From the NCBI RefSeq assembly GCF_009914755.1, contig NC_060939.1: DNA of 64,000 nt; one strand, given 5' to 3'. The position numbers and the translations under genes are program-made. Positions within the stretch are counted from its first letter, which is position 1, and every line of letters starts with the position of its first letter. Shown in pieces: positions 41,891 through 56,779 of this stretch. The notes under the pieces are model-generated. The model did not search any database. It was not told where the DNA came from and worked only from the letters and a program-made list of their open reading frames with translations. Source of the stretch: the human T2T-CHM13v2.0 reference genome, Homo sapiens.

Positions 41891-43448
41891 TGATATGGTC
41901 TGAATGTGTCTCCCCAGATTTATATGTTGAAATTCCAAAATGATGGTGGTATTGAGAGGTGACAAGGTCGCTTGCTCTGGGCGCCTCCTCAGCCTCGGCG
42001 TCCGCTCTGGCCGCACTTGAGGAACCCTTCAGTCCGCCGCTGCGCTGTGGGGGCCCCTCTCTGGGAGCCGAGGCCGGAGCCGGCTGCCTCTGCTGGCGCG
42101 GAGGTGCGGAGGCAGAAGCGTGGGCGGGAGCCTGGGCTGTGCGTGTCCCTCTTGGGCTGGCGCGGGTTCCTGGTGGGCGCGGGCTCAGCGCCCCGCACTG
42201 GGCGTGGCCCGCCGGCGCATGCTGGGCTTGATCTGGGGACGAGCTCCCTCTGGGCTGCCAGAGTGCCCGGGTTACATGCTGCAAAGCCGCGCAGAGAGTG
42301 CCATTGAGAGGTGGAGCCAGCTGGGCTTCTGGGTCAGGTGGGGACTTGGAGAACTCTTCTGTCTAGCTAAAGGATTGTAAACACACCAATCAGCACTATG
42401 TGTCTAGCTAAAGTTTGTAAATGCACCAATCAGCACTCTGTGTCTAGCTAATCTGGTGGGGACTTGGAGAACTTTTGTGTCTACCTAAGGGATTATAAAT
42501 GCACCAATAAGCACTCTGTGTCTAGCTAAAGGTTTGTAAACGCACCAATCAGCACTCTGTCAAAACGGACCAATCAGCTCTCTGTAAAATGGGCCAATCA
42601 GCAGGATGTGGGTAGGGTCAGATAAGGGAATAAATGCAGGCTGCCTGAGTCAGCAGTGGCAACCTCCTCAGGTACTCTTCCAGGCTGTGGAATCTTTGTT
42701 GTTTTGCTCTTAGCAATAAATCTTGCTGGTGCTCACTCTTTGGGTCCGTGCCGCCTTTATGAGCTGTAACACTCACTGGGAAGGTCTGCAGCGAGACCAC
42801 AAACCGGGAGGGAGGAACAACTCCAGACGTGCCGCCTTTAAGAGCTGTAACACTCCCTGAGAAGGTCTGCAGCTTCACTCCTGAAGCCAGTGAGACCACA
42901 AACCCACCGGAAGGAACAAACAACTCCAGACATGCTGCCTTTGAGAGCTGTAACGCTCACTGCGAAGGTCTGCAGCTTCAGTCCTGAAGTCAGCGAGACC
43001 ACTAACCCACCACAAGGAAGAAACTCCAGACACATCTGAGCATCTGAAGGAACAAACTCCGGACACACCATGTTTAAGAACTGTAACACTCACCATGAGG
43101 GTTGGCGGCTTCATTCTGGACGTCAGCGAGACCAAGAACCCACCAATTCCTGACACAGTATGAAATGGTTCCTTTGGGAGGTGAGTGGGTCATGAGGCAG
43201 GAGCCCTCATGAATGGGATTAGTTCCCTTATAAAAGAGACCCCAGAGAGTGGCCTTGCCACTTCCACTTGTGAGGACACAGTAAGAAGGCACCATCTAGG
43301 AGGAAGCAGGGCCTTTGTGGACACCAAATATGATAGTGCCTTGATCGTGGACTTCCCAGCCTCCAGAACTGAGACATAAATGATTGTTGTTTATAAGTGA
43401 CCTGGTTAGTGTTATTTTTTGTTATCATAACTCTAACAGACTAAATCA
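41891..43448 (+). mobile_element. MLT1A0-like MaLR LTR split by an LTR12
   Basis: tgatatggtctgaatgtgtc start (41891-41952); resumes at 43162 with ggagccctcatgaatgggattag...cagcctccagaactg. Confidence 0.85.
41953..43157 (+). mobile_element. ERV9 solo LTR, LTR12 (B/D-like), 1205 bp, CpG-rich 5' part
   Basis: tgagaggtgac...accaattcctgacaca; perfect TSD GTAT; 6 U3 CCAAT boxes; cagataagggaataaa; repeated gagctgtaacactcac U5 units. Confidence 0.95.
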
Positions 43449-44739
43449 TTGGCTGCCTTCTCATGACATCTCTTGCGGCTCCTGCCCTAGGCACAGCCAC
43501 GATCTTTGTCCTTTTGAGTGAGATTCCCTTGCTATAGGCAAGCCCCCAGGCAGGGCCTTTTAGGAGTGCCATAGTTTTGATGCTTTCTGTGTTTTCCATC
43601 TGGTCCATGGGCTCTCAAGCACACCTGCTTTATGAAATGGTGGGAGTTCAGCTTGTCCATCTAGTGCCTCTCTCCCTGGGTCCTGCCATCTTGGGCCTTC
43701 CGGCTAATCTCAGGAGCGAGAGATGCTTATTTCCCCATGTTGCACCTGTTGCTCTTGGCTTTAGCTGTCACCGAAATTGTGAGGAAATGAAAAGTCCTAC
43801 TCAGCATCCTTTTGTACCCTCCCGGCATGATTTTGAAGATTAAATAGGATAAAACCTATGAAACAGCATAGTGCCTTGCATATTATAATTTCTCTATAAA
43901 TGTTATTATAATAAGTGAAAGGGGAGAAACTATCTTTCAGTAGACAATTAAAATATACTTGAAATTTAATATTCAATTTGATTAAAAACACTTCTTAACA
44001 CTTCTCAGTATGGTGGTCTAGGTATTCTGAAGATTCTTGTCACTGCAAGCTGTACACCAGATATGAAGACATTGCACAGAGGCAGCACTGTAGGGCAAGG
44101 AATTAGAGACAATGAAAGAGATATGATACACAAAGACATGCAGGATAGAACAAGAGGGTTTAACATCCAATTGGAATTTCATTGAAGAGATCAAAGAGAC
44201 CAACAGATCCTGACCTGGTCACTTGGCTTACCTACCCGGTGCTCCCCTGACTGGCCAACATATCCTGTCCATGGCCTGTAATGTACAAAGGAGAGGCACC
44301 TTGACTCCATAATCCTCAGACTGACACCACATGCACACAACAGACCACCTTCAACCCGGCCAGAACTCACCTAGTGACAAACTCATTGTCAGTCAGCCAG
44401 CGACACTCTGCAGCTTTGCTTTCCTTATTGATATGGAACAGGGACAGGCCACAGTCTTTCAGTTTTAGAAGACCTACCACATTTCTCCTCTCCCTACCTC
44501 ATTCCTGAAAGTCAACTTTGACTTTGTTGGACCTAGTCCTTGGCTTGACAGCACAGCTTTTTTTTTTTTTTCTACTCAGCGCTCAATCTTTGTTTTCAAT
44601 CATCTTTAGTTTTCCTTTAGCAAAATAACTTGAGATTTCTACAATGAAGAATGACATGAACTCCTAAAAGAATAAAAACAGTGTTCATATCTTTCATAGT
44701 CGGCAAGAGATAATAGAGTAAGAATATATGTGTGCAATT

Positions 44740-45785
<1,046 letters not shown>

Positions 45786-45792
45786 AACTCAT

Positions 45793-46135
<343 letters not shown>

Positions 46136-46419
46136 AAACACTCATGAATCAAATACCAAAAATATGGAAATGTATATGCATGTTAGCATTGAATGCTAAT
46201 AGAACCACTATGCAATATAATATGATTTTGTGATTATTTAGTCCATAAGATAATGAAGGAAGAAAAACAACAGATTTGGTAAAATTTGGACAACTCTTAT
46301 GGACATGTCCTCAAAGTCTTGAGTACTGCTGACTGAGTAGATTTTATCATGAATTGATACCACCATGGCAAGGTTTTTACTTCAATACAGCACCTCTAAT
46401 TTCAGCATCTCTCACTTCA

Positions 46420-46808
46420 TGTTATGGGCTGAATTACGTCCCCATCAAATTCAAATGTGGAAGTCTTAAGCCCCAATATCTCAGAATGTAACAGTACTTA
46501 GAGACAGGCCATTAAAAAGGTAATGAAGGTAAGTTGAGGCTGCTACTGTGGACCTTGGTCCAGTCTGCCTGGGGTCCTTGTAAGAAGAAGAGATTAGAAC
46601 ACATATGACCCAGAGACCTAGAAGTGACTGTGTGAGGACACAGTGGGAGGAAAACCATCTGCAAGCCGCAAAGAGGGGCCTCCGAAGAAGCCAACCCAGT
46701 CAGCACCTCAAGCCTGGACTTCCAGTCTTCAGAAGTGTGAGAAAATAAATCTGTCATTTAAGCCGCCGGTCTGGGATTTTGTTATGGCAGCCCTAACAAA
46801 CGACCACA
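46420..46808 (+). mobile_element. MLT1B-like LTR
   Basis: tgttatgggctgaatt...gttatggcagcccta; perfect TSD CTTCA. Confidence 0.85.
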
Positions 46809-46840
46809 CTTCACATGCAGGAAAATTCATGTTTACTTAC

Positions 46841-47268
46841 TGATATGGACTAAATTTTGTCGCCTGCTCCCGTGCTCAGAAATTCATATCTTGAAGCCCT
46901 AACCCACAATATGACTGTATTTGGAGTCAGGATGTTTACAGGAGATGATTAAAATTAAATAGGTCATAAGAGTAGGGCACCAATCCAATAAGACTGATGT
47001 CCTTATAAGAAGAGGATGAGAAACCAAATCAGTCTCTCTCTCTCTCTCTCTCTTTCTCTCTCCCTGTGCATACAAAGAGGAAAGGTCCTGTGAGGGTACA
47101 GTGAGAAGATGGCCATCTACCAGCCAGGAGGAAAGGCCTAACAAGAAACCAACTCTGCTGGCACCTTGATCGTGAACTCCCGCCCTCTAGAACTGTGAGA
47201 AAATAAACGTCTGTTTAAGCCACCTGGTCTGTGGTATTTTGTTATGGAAGCCCGAGCAGACCAATATG
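46841..47268 (+). mobile_element. MLT1A/B-like LTR with internal (CT)n
   Basis: tgatatggactaaatt...ttgttatggaagcccgagcagac; TSD cttac/cctac. Confidence 0.8.
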
Positions 47269-48699
47269 CCTACTAAGTAAGTACAAGTTCTAGATATCCA
47301 AGTGTTTTCTTTATGTCATCTCCTCGACAAATTAAATATTTCAATGTCCACATTCTCAGAAAGAAAAGGAGTCAGTGTTTTAATGGATCCTGTTTAATCT
47401 TTACTTCCCTGTATCCTTATTTCCGTGAATGTGACTTCACAAATGGAGTCATCCTATATCCTACTCCCAAGGCACAATCTGCTAAAAGCAAGAAAAAGGC
47501 TTTGCGCTGCTAATTCACCCTTTTCTGCTCAGCATTTGGCTCTAAACTGTAACCTGAGACCCTGAAATTGCTGAGGCCCTTAACCTCTCCTTACTCCTTT
47601 GACTCAGAATGATCTCAGCGGGACAGTTCCTGGAGTTTCCGTTCATGTTTCAGAACATGACGGAGACCAAGAAAATAAAACGTTGATTCCCGATGCCATG
47701 TGGCTCAGGGTTTAGACAATGTATTCTGGTCACAGAAAATTGAGACCAAATCTGTTTTCTTGCATCTGTTCCATTGCCCTCTGTGACATTAATTCTCAAC
47801 AGCAGATTCAACGTGCTGGAACTAACCAATGTTAGAGTGCTTAAGAAGTCAGGTTCAACTGAGCTCGGGTCACTGTGCTAGAACTATGGTTACCAAAACT
47901 GAAGTATGTATTTACTCTTCAATTCCTATTTCAGCTGTGAAACTGTGAGTTTTAATTAGAGAGTAAAGAGTTTGTCTCCTTAGCTTCATGTTAGAAAGCA
48001 AAATGAAAAAAATTGTCTAAAACCCTTAAAAAATAGTCCAAACCTGGGATAATTCTTCTCCGCTATTCATGAAAATATATGACCTATTTTAGGCAGGTAA
48101 AACAGAGGCAAAATTAAATTGAGACATTTGAAACCATGGAATAATCTAACAACACGCTTTTTTTAATTCATTCACAAATGACATGTCAAGTTCCTAATAT
48201 TTATAATGAACTGCTTTAGGCATGAGACAATGAAATAGTGTATAAAGTATTGCAAATAAACTCATATATGTAAAATTGTTTTAAAAATTTTAGTGTTATG
48301 GAAATATAGCACTGTTGTATTAAATAATAACCTATTCTATAATCTATTTTTCTTGGCTTTAGAAAGAAACAGCTCTTATATGTTGAAGTTTGCTAGTAAC
48401 TAATATTCGTAACTATAGTCTAAAACCATATTATGTCACGATAACATGTAAAATCATAATATGTCATATTATATCTTTATACAGGATTTTTGCTGTAGTA
48501 TTATTTTCTTATTACAAATTTAAAACAGATGTTAGTTTCCATGATACCTGATCAAATATACTATTTTGTGATAACTTCTCTTATTTTATGATAGAGCGAT
48601 CTTAACTATTATAAAAGCAAATAATATATTGAACTATTGATCCAGTTTCTCAATTAATGGTAATACAGCACCTACTATGTGTCAAGAGTTATGCTAGGC

Positions 48700-49090
48700 C
48701 ATCAGTTAGGACAACTATGGCTGCAAAAGGTCACCCAGGATCAAATTGTCCTAAGGAAATTTATTATTTCATACTGGAAGTCCAGAGGAGAAAGAAAGAG
48801 GGCACAGCGCTTTTGGTGGCTGAAAGACACCTTCGTGTCTGCACAGACCCAGAAATCTTCATCTCTCTGCCATCTTTAGCATCAGCTTCATCATAAGGCT
48901 GCTTTCCCTCATGGTTTCAAAGGGTGTCAGTAGCTCCAGGATTGTCATTTAGTTTAGACAGTGTCCCGAAGCAGGAAAAAGCCTTCTTTTCTCATGTGTC
49001 CTTCTAAAAAATGTGGAAAATTTTACCAGAATCTCCTGAGAGACTCTGTCCACCCCTCATCAGTCAGCACTTTGTCTCATGCCCACTCCT
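48700..49090 (-). mobile_element. Degenerate MLT1K/L-like LTR
   Basis: aatttattatttcata...gaagtccagagg...ctctgccatc...agctccagg motifs. Confidence 0.45.
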
Positions 49091-51125
49091 GAGCCAATGG
49101 AGGATGCTTTTTCCTCTCTTCTCCATGTGTCTCCCTGTGATTGGTGTGGACCCACCAGGACTCTCCCCTGGGGATGCAGGTTGAGGCTCTGTGTTTCTGT
49201 CTCATGGAGGAAGAGTGGAAACCAGAATAAAACCAGAGCTCTGAGAGCAAGGACAAAAGTAGCCTCTTACTGGGTCTGCTACAGCCATGCTGAGTTTGGA
49301 AAGCACAGTCAATCTGATGGAGGAATAACCAATAGGGAATTGTACACAAAGAGAAGACATGAGAAACTAAATGATAATACCCAATAAGTACCTGTAAATC
49401 CTCCTTAGAACCAGAAGGGATATATGTAAGTACATAAATAAAACATTAAATAATAAATCATAATATAGCTTGTCATTTGTAGACAATGCATGTTGTATAG
49501 GATCAGAGGAGTAATAGCAGGTAGGTAAACTGTCCAGAGAAAATTTTGTGGAAGAAGTGAAACTTGAAAAAGAGTTGCATTTAGATAATTCTGGAATAAA
49601 TAGAACCGCTGCTTTTCTGCCTTTTCTTGAGGCTTTGAATGTTCTGGCTTGTCTCAGTACCATGCAATAAGAGCAGATACTGACCCTCTCCTTTTGTTCT
49701 TGCAATAAATCAGATCTGCTTTTACTTTGACCTGTTCCTGATATCTTCAGCTCCAGGCTCTTTGGCTCATAAATCCCTAGATTCATTGTTTATAATAAAG
49801 ACTCCCCATAACTTCTCTACTGCTAGCTATTGGCTTCCCTTTCAACAACTACTCAAAGTATCTACTTGGATAACATGTTGTTCTAACTACCTTGACAGGA
49901 TTTTAAAACCTCTTTTGATACAACTGGTGGTTTGAGGGAGAAGGTGTGAGCTTGCATACCTGGAAAAATTGATAGAAACTGGCTTTTTAAAATTCTGTTG
50001 CTCATACTTGGTAATTTTTCTGGCTACACTTTTTTTTTTTTTCAAAGAGACTGTAGTAAATTTATCAGCTTTACATTGTCTTTGATTTAACATAGAAATT
50101 AAATAAGTTCTCTTTGTGGACTGTATCCTTGATTATAGTGAGAATTCAATTTCCAGCAAAGAAAAGTAAATGCAGAAGTTTTACAAAGCTTTATTTCATC
50201 CCACAAGATTGTCGTCCTTGTAAAATCACGAGTGTGTTGAGTTTAAGCAAAATATAATTAGGCCTGGAAATCAAATTAAAATATGGAAGACACTCTTTCT
50301 GCCCTAAGACTTTTCCCTCTATGCAAAGGAGACAGAAAAGTTCTATAATTTATGAGAATGCTGATTAAATTACCCTTCAGCAACCATCTTTTCATAGTAT
50401 TATTTTTCCTTCAAAGCCACCCAAGAGCCATAAGAGATATAATGATTGTGCAAGAAAAGTTTTTCATTAAGGACTTTAATAAAATTAAATTAAATAAAAT
50501 TTGAGAATCAATACAATGATGATAGGAATCTGTGGACATGATTATTTTTGGAAAAAACTTGCTGATCTCATATGCACGAATCTTTAAGTCAGACTTTGCA
50601 CCCAGAATGGGTTGAAAATTTGGTCTCCATTTTGAGTTTGGGCACCAATTAATCATCTGTACATGTGCTTTTGTGCTTGGCTAAATACGATCAGCTCACA
50701 GAAGTTTGTTAGTGCATATTTGGTTTCATTCATTTCCCACATTTTGAGAAAAGGGTGCCTTGGTTTGGTGAGATAACAGAAGAGAGAATGGTAAAAACAA
50801 GTGTGTTCGATCTCCCTGAAATGATGCTCTGCTGTTCTTCAGGCTCTGTGACCTAGAAGGCTCCTCTTCTGTCTTTTTCCTCCTGGAATGTGAGAAAATC
50901 TGGCAAAGTGGGAGCCAGAGAGGCTAGGCCACTAAAAGCCTGTGTGCGAAATGATCTGTACACAGCGAATTGACTCCACCTTTCACACATTACTACTTAA
51001 ATCATGAAAGGAGCATTGCAAGGAGGAAGTATTTTAACAGCAGAAGAAAACATGCCTCCAATGTCAAGAAATTTCAGCACAATTTTGTGCAGCCAGGACC
51101 AGATGAAGGGAAAGGCCAAGCAATA

Positions 51126-51490
51126 TGTTTTGAGGACTGAATATCTATGCTTCCCCAAATTCATATGTTGAAATCCTAACTTCCGATGTGAAGATATTTG
51201 TAGGTGGGGCTTTAAGAGATAATTAGGTCACAAGGGCAGAGCCCCCATGAGTGGGATTAGTGCTCTTAGAAAAGGGACCCAAGAGGGCTGTCTCTCTTGC
51301 CCTCTTTCCGCCATATGAGAATCCAATGAGATGGCATCATCTGCAAATCAGGAAGAGGATGCTCACCAGACACCAGATCTGCCAGCACCTTGATCTTGGA
51401 CTCCTCAGCCTCTAGAACTGTAAGAAATAACGTTTGTTGTTTAAGCAACCCAGTCTATGGCAACTTGTTATAGCAGCCTGAACTAAGATA
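51126..51490 (+). mobile_element. MLT1A0-like LTR
   Basis: ccaaattcatatgttgaaatcctaac...gccagcaccttgatcttggact...tatagcagcctgaactaaga. Confidence 0.85.
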
Positions 51491-52264
51491 ATCTATAAGG
51501 TAAGGCAAATAAGAAAAAAATCCAAACCCAAAATGACTTTAAGCGACTCCTAGAGGAACCCTGCCAACATCACTAAGTTCAGAGAGGTAAAATCAGGCAA
51601 CAAGCAGAATTATCTTCGGGGGTCCATAAAAATTTCCAGGTCTGGTCGCAACTGTCATATCTTGACACAAAGGGGCACATATTGGATCCCAGAAAGTTCT
51701 ATGGACTTCTTAGGGCTTGCAAAAGTTGTATAATTTTATTGATTATATAAGTAATACATGTTCATTGTTGAGATTTTGGAAATAATAATCTATCATCTGA
51801 CCTCTCTGAGAAAACCATTATTAACCTTTTAACTTTCTACTTTCTGTTATTTGCATTCATACATGTTTATCCATTATCCATGTAGCATTTTTTATCATGC
51901 TTTTGAACTCCATTTTATTTACATCATGATGACTTGATAGTGACAAAAAAGATTCCAAAATATGATTTTAATGACAGCATAAATGGCTGTACCGTAATAT
52001 ATTTAGTCATTTTCTATCATTGGATATTTACATTATTTCTAATTTCCCTTCATTATCATTATAGTTAATGTTTTTGAACGTAAGTCTAATTCCATATTTG
52101 GTTATTTCCTTACAATATTTTCCAAGACATAGAATTGGTGAAGAAAAGGTATATTATGAAAGCTACCAAAAATAAAATTTCAAATTTCCTTTTGATTATA
52201 TTGATTCATTTACATTCCACTGTTGGGATCTGAGGGGAATCCTTTAACTATCCTTAATAATCTT

Positions 52265-52265
<1 letters not shown>

Positions 52266-52297
<32 letters not shown>

Positions 52298-52329
52298 GTA
52301 TATGTATGTGTGTGTGTATATATATATAT
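52266..52329. repeat. (TA)n/(TG)n compound microsatellite
   Basis: Read directly. Confidence 0.9.
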
Positions 52330-52465
52330 TCAAAAATATTTGTCAATTGGCTAGATGGTTTTCTTATAGAAAAGTTCATTATTGATTTTCGTTAAATTGG
52401 ACATGTTTTGCATTGCACTGGAGTGGGACATTTATTTGGCTGCTATGGTGAATTTCTGATGCCTA

Positions 52466-52596
52466 TTTTCTTTTTCTTTTTAGTGATAAGGTCTCGCTGT
52501 ATTGCTCAGGCTGATCTCAAACTCATGGCCTCAATTGATCCTCCCACCTCAGCCTCCCAAGTAGCTGAGATTACAGGCATGAGTCACCACACTCAG
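52466..52596 (-). mobile_element. Alu left monomer (FLAM-like)
   Basis: ggtctcgctgtattgctcaggctgatctcaaactc...gagtcaccacac. Confidence 0.8.
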
Positions 52597-52699
52597 TGAA
52601 TTTCCAATATCTTGTGTCAATTTTTCCGTTATGAGAAGAGGAGTAGGGAGGGCAGGGGTTCTTCTATTTTGCCATAGTATTTATCTCTGGTTCCTCCCT

Positions 52700-53670
<971 letters not shown>

Positions 53671-54390
53671 ACAAATATCTGTCAAGGTTATAGTATAACG
53701 TTTGCCCCACACTTAGTGTTCAGCAAATGGGATCTATTATTACATTGCCATTCTCTAAGATATTATTTATCCATTATTGGAAAGAGATTAGAATCTTCCT
53801 TTATGTCCCCTTTATCTTTCCCATCCCCTATCTTTCTGCTCCCTGTCAGGCCTTTTATGCAAATAAGAAAAAAATCCTAGCAAAAATAGTATCTTGGGGT
53901 GTATTTAAATATAAAGCTTATTATAGACAGAATCCATTCTGCAACGAGAAACCCTAGTCTTTAATTGGAATGAAATTTGTGAGTTGAAAATGGCCTATAA
54001 TGGCATTGCTCGACTCATTTGTTTTAGGCTGACCAAATGACAACATGGCTTATTGCACCTGCAACAAGCTGACAGATTGTTCCTGCCTTCATATGGGTTT
54101 TGAACTTTTATTTTACAGATTACACAGGAAATATAATTTTAGCATCAATTACTCTTGGTACCTTGGAATAGCCTTATGCTAAACACATATTCACATAATG
54201 TAAATGATACATTAGGGTGTGTTTGAATTCTTAATAAAGACAGACTGCAAATAAAATTTAGAGCAAAAGGAATTATGTTAACAAATGAGCAGAACTTCAA
54301 TAACAGCAGGGCTTTTTGGTTTTTGTATTTGCTAAGTATAACAGCCAGGGATTTGGCAGCCTTTTGTGCCTTTACCTTTTTGGTAGTGTT

Positions 54391-54396
<6 letters not shown>

Positions 54397-54427
<31 letters not shown>
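54397..54427. repeat. (TG)15 microsatellite
   Basis: Read directly. Confidence 0.93.
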
Positions 54428-54429
<2 letters not shown>

Positions 54430-55339
54430 TGGTACTATGGAGTGATATGGGTACCTTTTGTCATAAGAAGGATGCAGATGCTTCCAGGCTGGTGGATAGC
54501 AGGGATGTGACTAGAAGCAGAGTTTATACCCAGTGATTCTGAAGAAGGCAATAGAACACGTGTGAGGAAAATGTAAAGGCACCCTGCAATGTGGCAACTA
54601 ACTCCATGGAAGTACTAGCTGCAGGAGCCCCACTTGGCAGTGTTTCTTAACCCTCTGATCATAGAACTTTGTTCTCTTTTTAACAAAAATGCACATGTGC
54701 ACCTAAAGCAATTATCTGAATGAGATTTTAGGAGACTCTTGGGCATATGTTCTATCCGTGAACACTTCAAGATAGGAAGTTTCTTATACCTTGGTAAACA
54801 TCAGTGGCTTCAGAAAGCAAAATAATTGACTGCTTGTGAGCTTTCAGATAATGAAAGAATTGAATTGGCCTTGGGAAGAAAAAAAAATACATATTCTATG
54901 TAGTGACTTGAATTTTAAATAGTAAAATTGCATTGAATTTTACTACCTACCCCAGTTTTTCAGGATTTTCAAAATAGCAAAAGACAGACCCAGTGATTTT
55001 TCAAGACCGCTGAAAAAAAAGTGGTGTTGGAAAAAGTTATCCAACACTTGGAAATAAAGCCAAAGTATGAATGCATGTCCTTTTGATGTTCAATGTCATG
55101 TGGGGGCATTGTTTTACAATCCTTTCCCTAAGGATTATTTCACTAGTAGCAGAGTACACCTGAGTTTGACTGATTATTTCCACTTGATTAAAACCCACAC
55201 ACTGTGAAATTACATGTTAATTTGTAGATTTCTGCCTGGTAAAAAGATTTATTCTGTTATTATTTTATCACCCTGTGAGACACTATATAGTTTTATATCT
55301 GTTAGCAAATTCATTTCAGCATTTTTGAACTAACTCTGT

Positions 55340-55712
55340 TGATACGGTTTAGCTGTATCCCCACCTGAATCTCATCTTGAATTGTAATCCCCATAATCCT
55401 TGCAAGTCAAGGGAGAGACCAGGTGGAGGTAATTGAATCATGGGCGTGGTTTCCTCCATGCTGTTCTCGTAACAAGTGAGTTCTCGGGAGATCTGATGTT
55501 ATTATAAGTGTTTGGTAGTTTCTCTCGCATTCATTGTCCTTCTGGCCGCCTGGTGAAGAAGGTGCCTTTTTTCCCCTTTGCCTTCCACCATGATTGCAAG
55601 TTTCATGAGGCCTCCCCAGCCATGCTGAACTGTGAGTCAATTAAACCTCTTTCTTTATAAATTACCCAGTCTTGGGCAGTTCTTTGTAGCAGTGTGAAAA
55701 CAGACTAATACA
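55340..55712 (+). mobile_element. THE1D-like MaLR LTR
   Basis: gaattgtaatccccataatcc...agggagagaccaggtggaggtaattgaatc...cagactaataca. Confidence 0.88.
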
Positions 55713-56779
55713 TCCATCAATCTTCATTCCTTGAACTGTTCTTTGAATCAGTTTTACCATCCTACCGGTCCCTTATTAATTAATGAGTTGAATAAAATAC
55801 TTGACATATGCTCAATCTGTATTTAGCCATGTCATGTTTTTAACTTTTTGAACGTTGTTATTTGACAGTGGCAGTGGCATTGCATCGTAAGAGTTTTCAG
55901 AATGCATTGCCGTCTGGAAGGCACAGGCCACAAATCTCAGGCACAGGAGTCCCTTCCTTATCAGAAGGGCTCTCAACGTGGTCCTGAACATTGATACAGG
56001 TAACTATGTAGGAGCAGAAGCAAGCTCACTTTCCAAGCCTGGGCTTGCAGTAAGGGATTGATGAGCCTGCTAAGAGGAAGTTGGGAACACCTTGAAAGGA
56101 TAGGAGATAGTAACAGGACAGAATCAGAATTCAGAAAGGTCTTGGAATACTGAGCATTGGGTTGAAATAAACCACATGTAGCATAAGAAAGAAAAACTAC
56201 GTTTGAGCATTTGTAGTTGCAATTATTTGAATCCTTTGCCTTTATATTCCCACAGAAGGAAATTCATCTCAAGTTAATAATAAAAAATATGGAGAATTTT
56301 GCACAAAAACCTTAATTGCTATGTTGTTAAGAATAATAAAAAATTGAAAGCAATCAAAATGTCAACAGTATGGGAATGATTAAGTAGCTTATAGTACAGT
56401 TTATTCATAGATTTTTCACTTGCACATTAAAATGAGTGTTTATTATGAAATATAGCACTTAGTAGAAAAGTGCACACTACGTAATTGTGCAAGCTTATTG
56501 AATTATGATAAAAATTAACAGCCAGATTACGATCACCCACACCAAAAATTATAGCATTACCATTACATTAGTTCCCTTCATGTGCTTGTTTCAAACCAAA
56601 AGCCTCTTCTTAACCCCTAAAGTAATTATTATCTTGGCTTTAATGATAATCATTTTTAAAAAAAAGTTTGTTATAGTTTTACCACCTATGTATCTCTGCA
56701 CTATAGCTTTGCCTTTTAAACTTCATGTAAACGGAATTGTTGTGTTTGTCTTTTTTTACTCAACATGATTTAAACTGTA

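Noticed and set aside
41582-42380. Cluster of overlapping 70-150-aa ORFs
   Set aside because: Stop-poor GC-rich LTR12 U3 sequence, open in several frames on both strands, with no protein-like composition.
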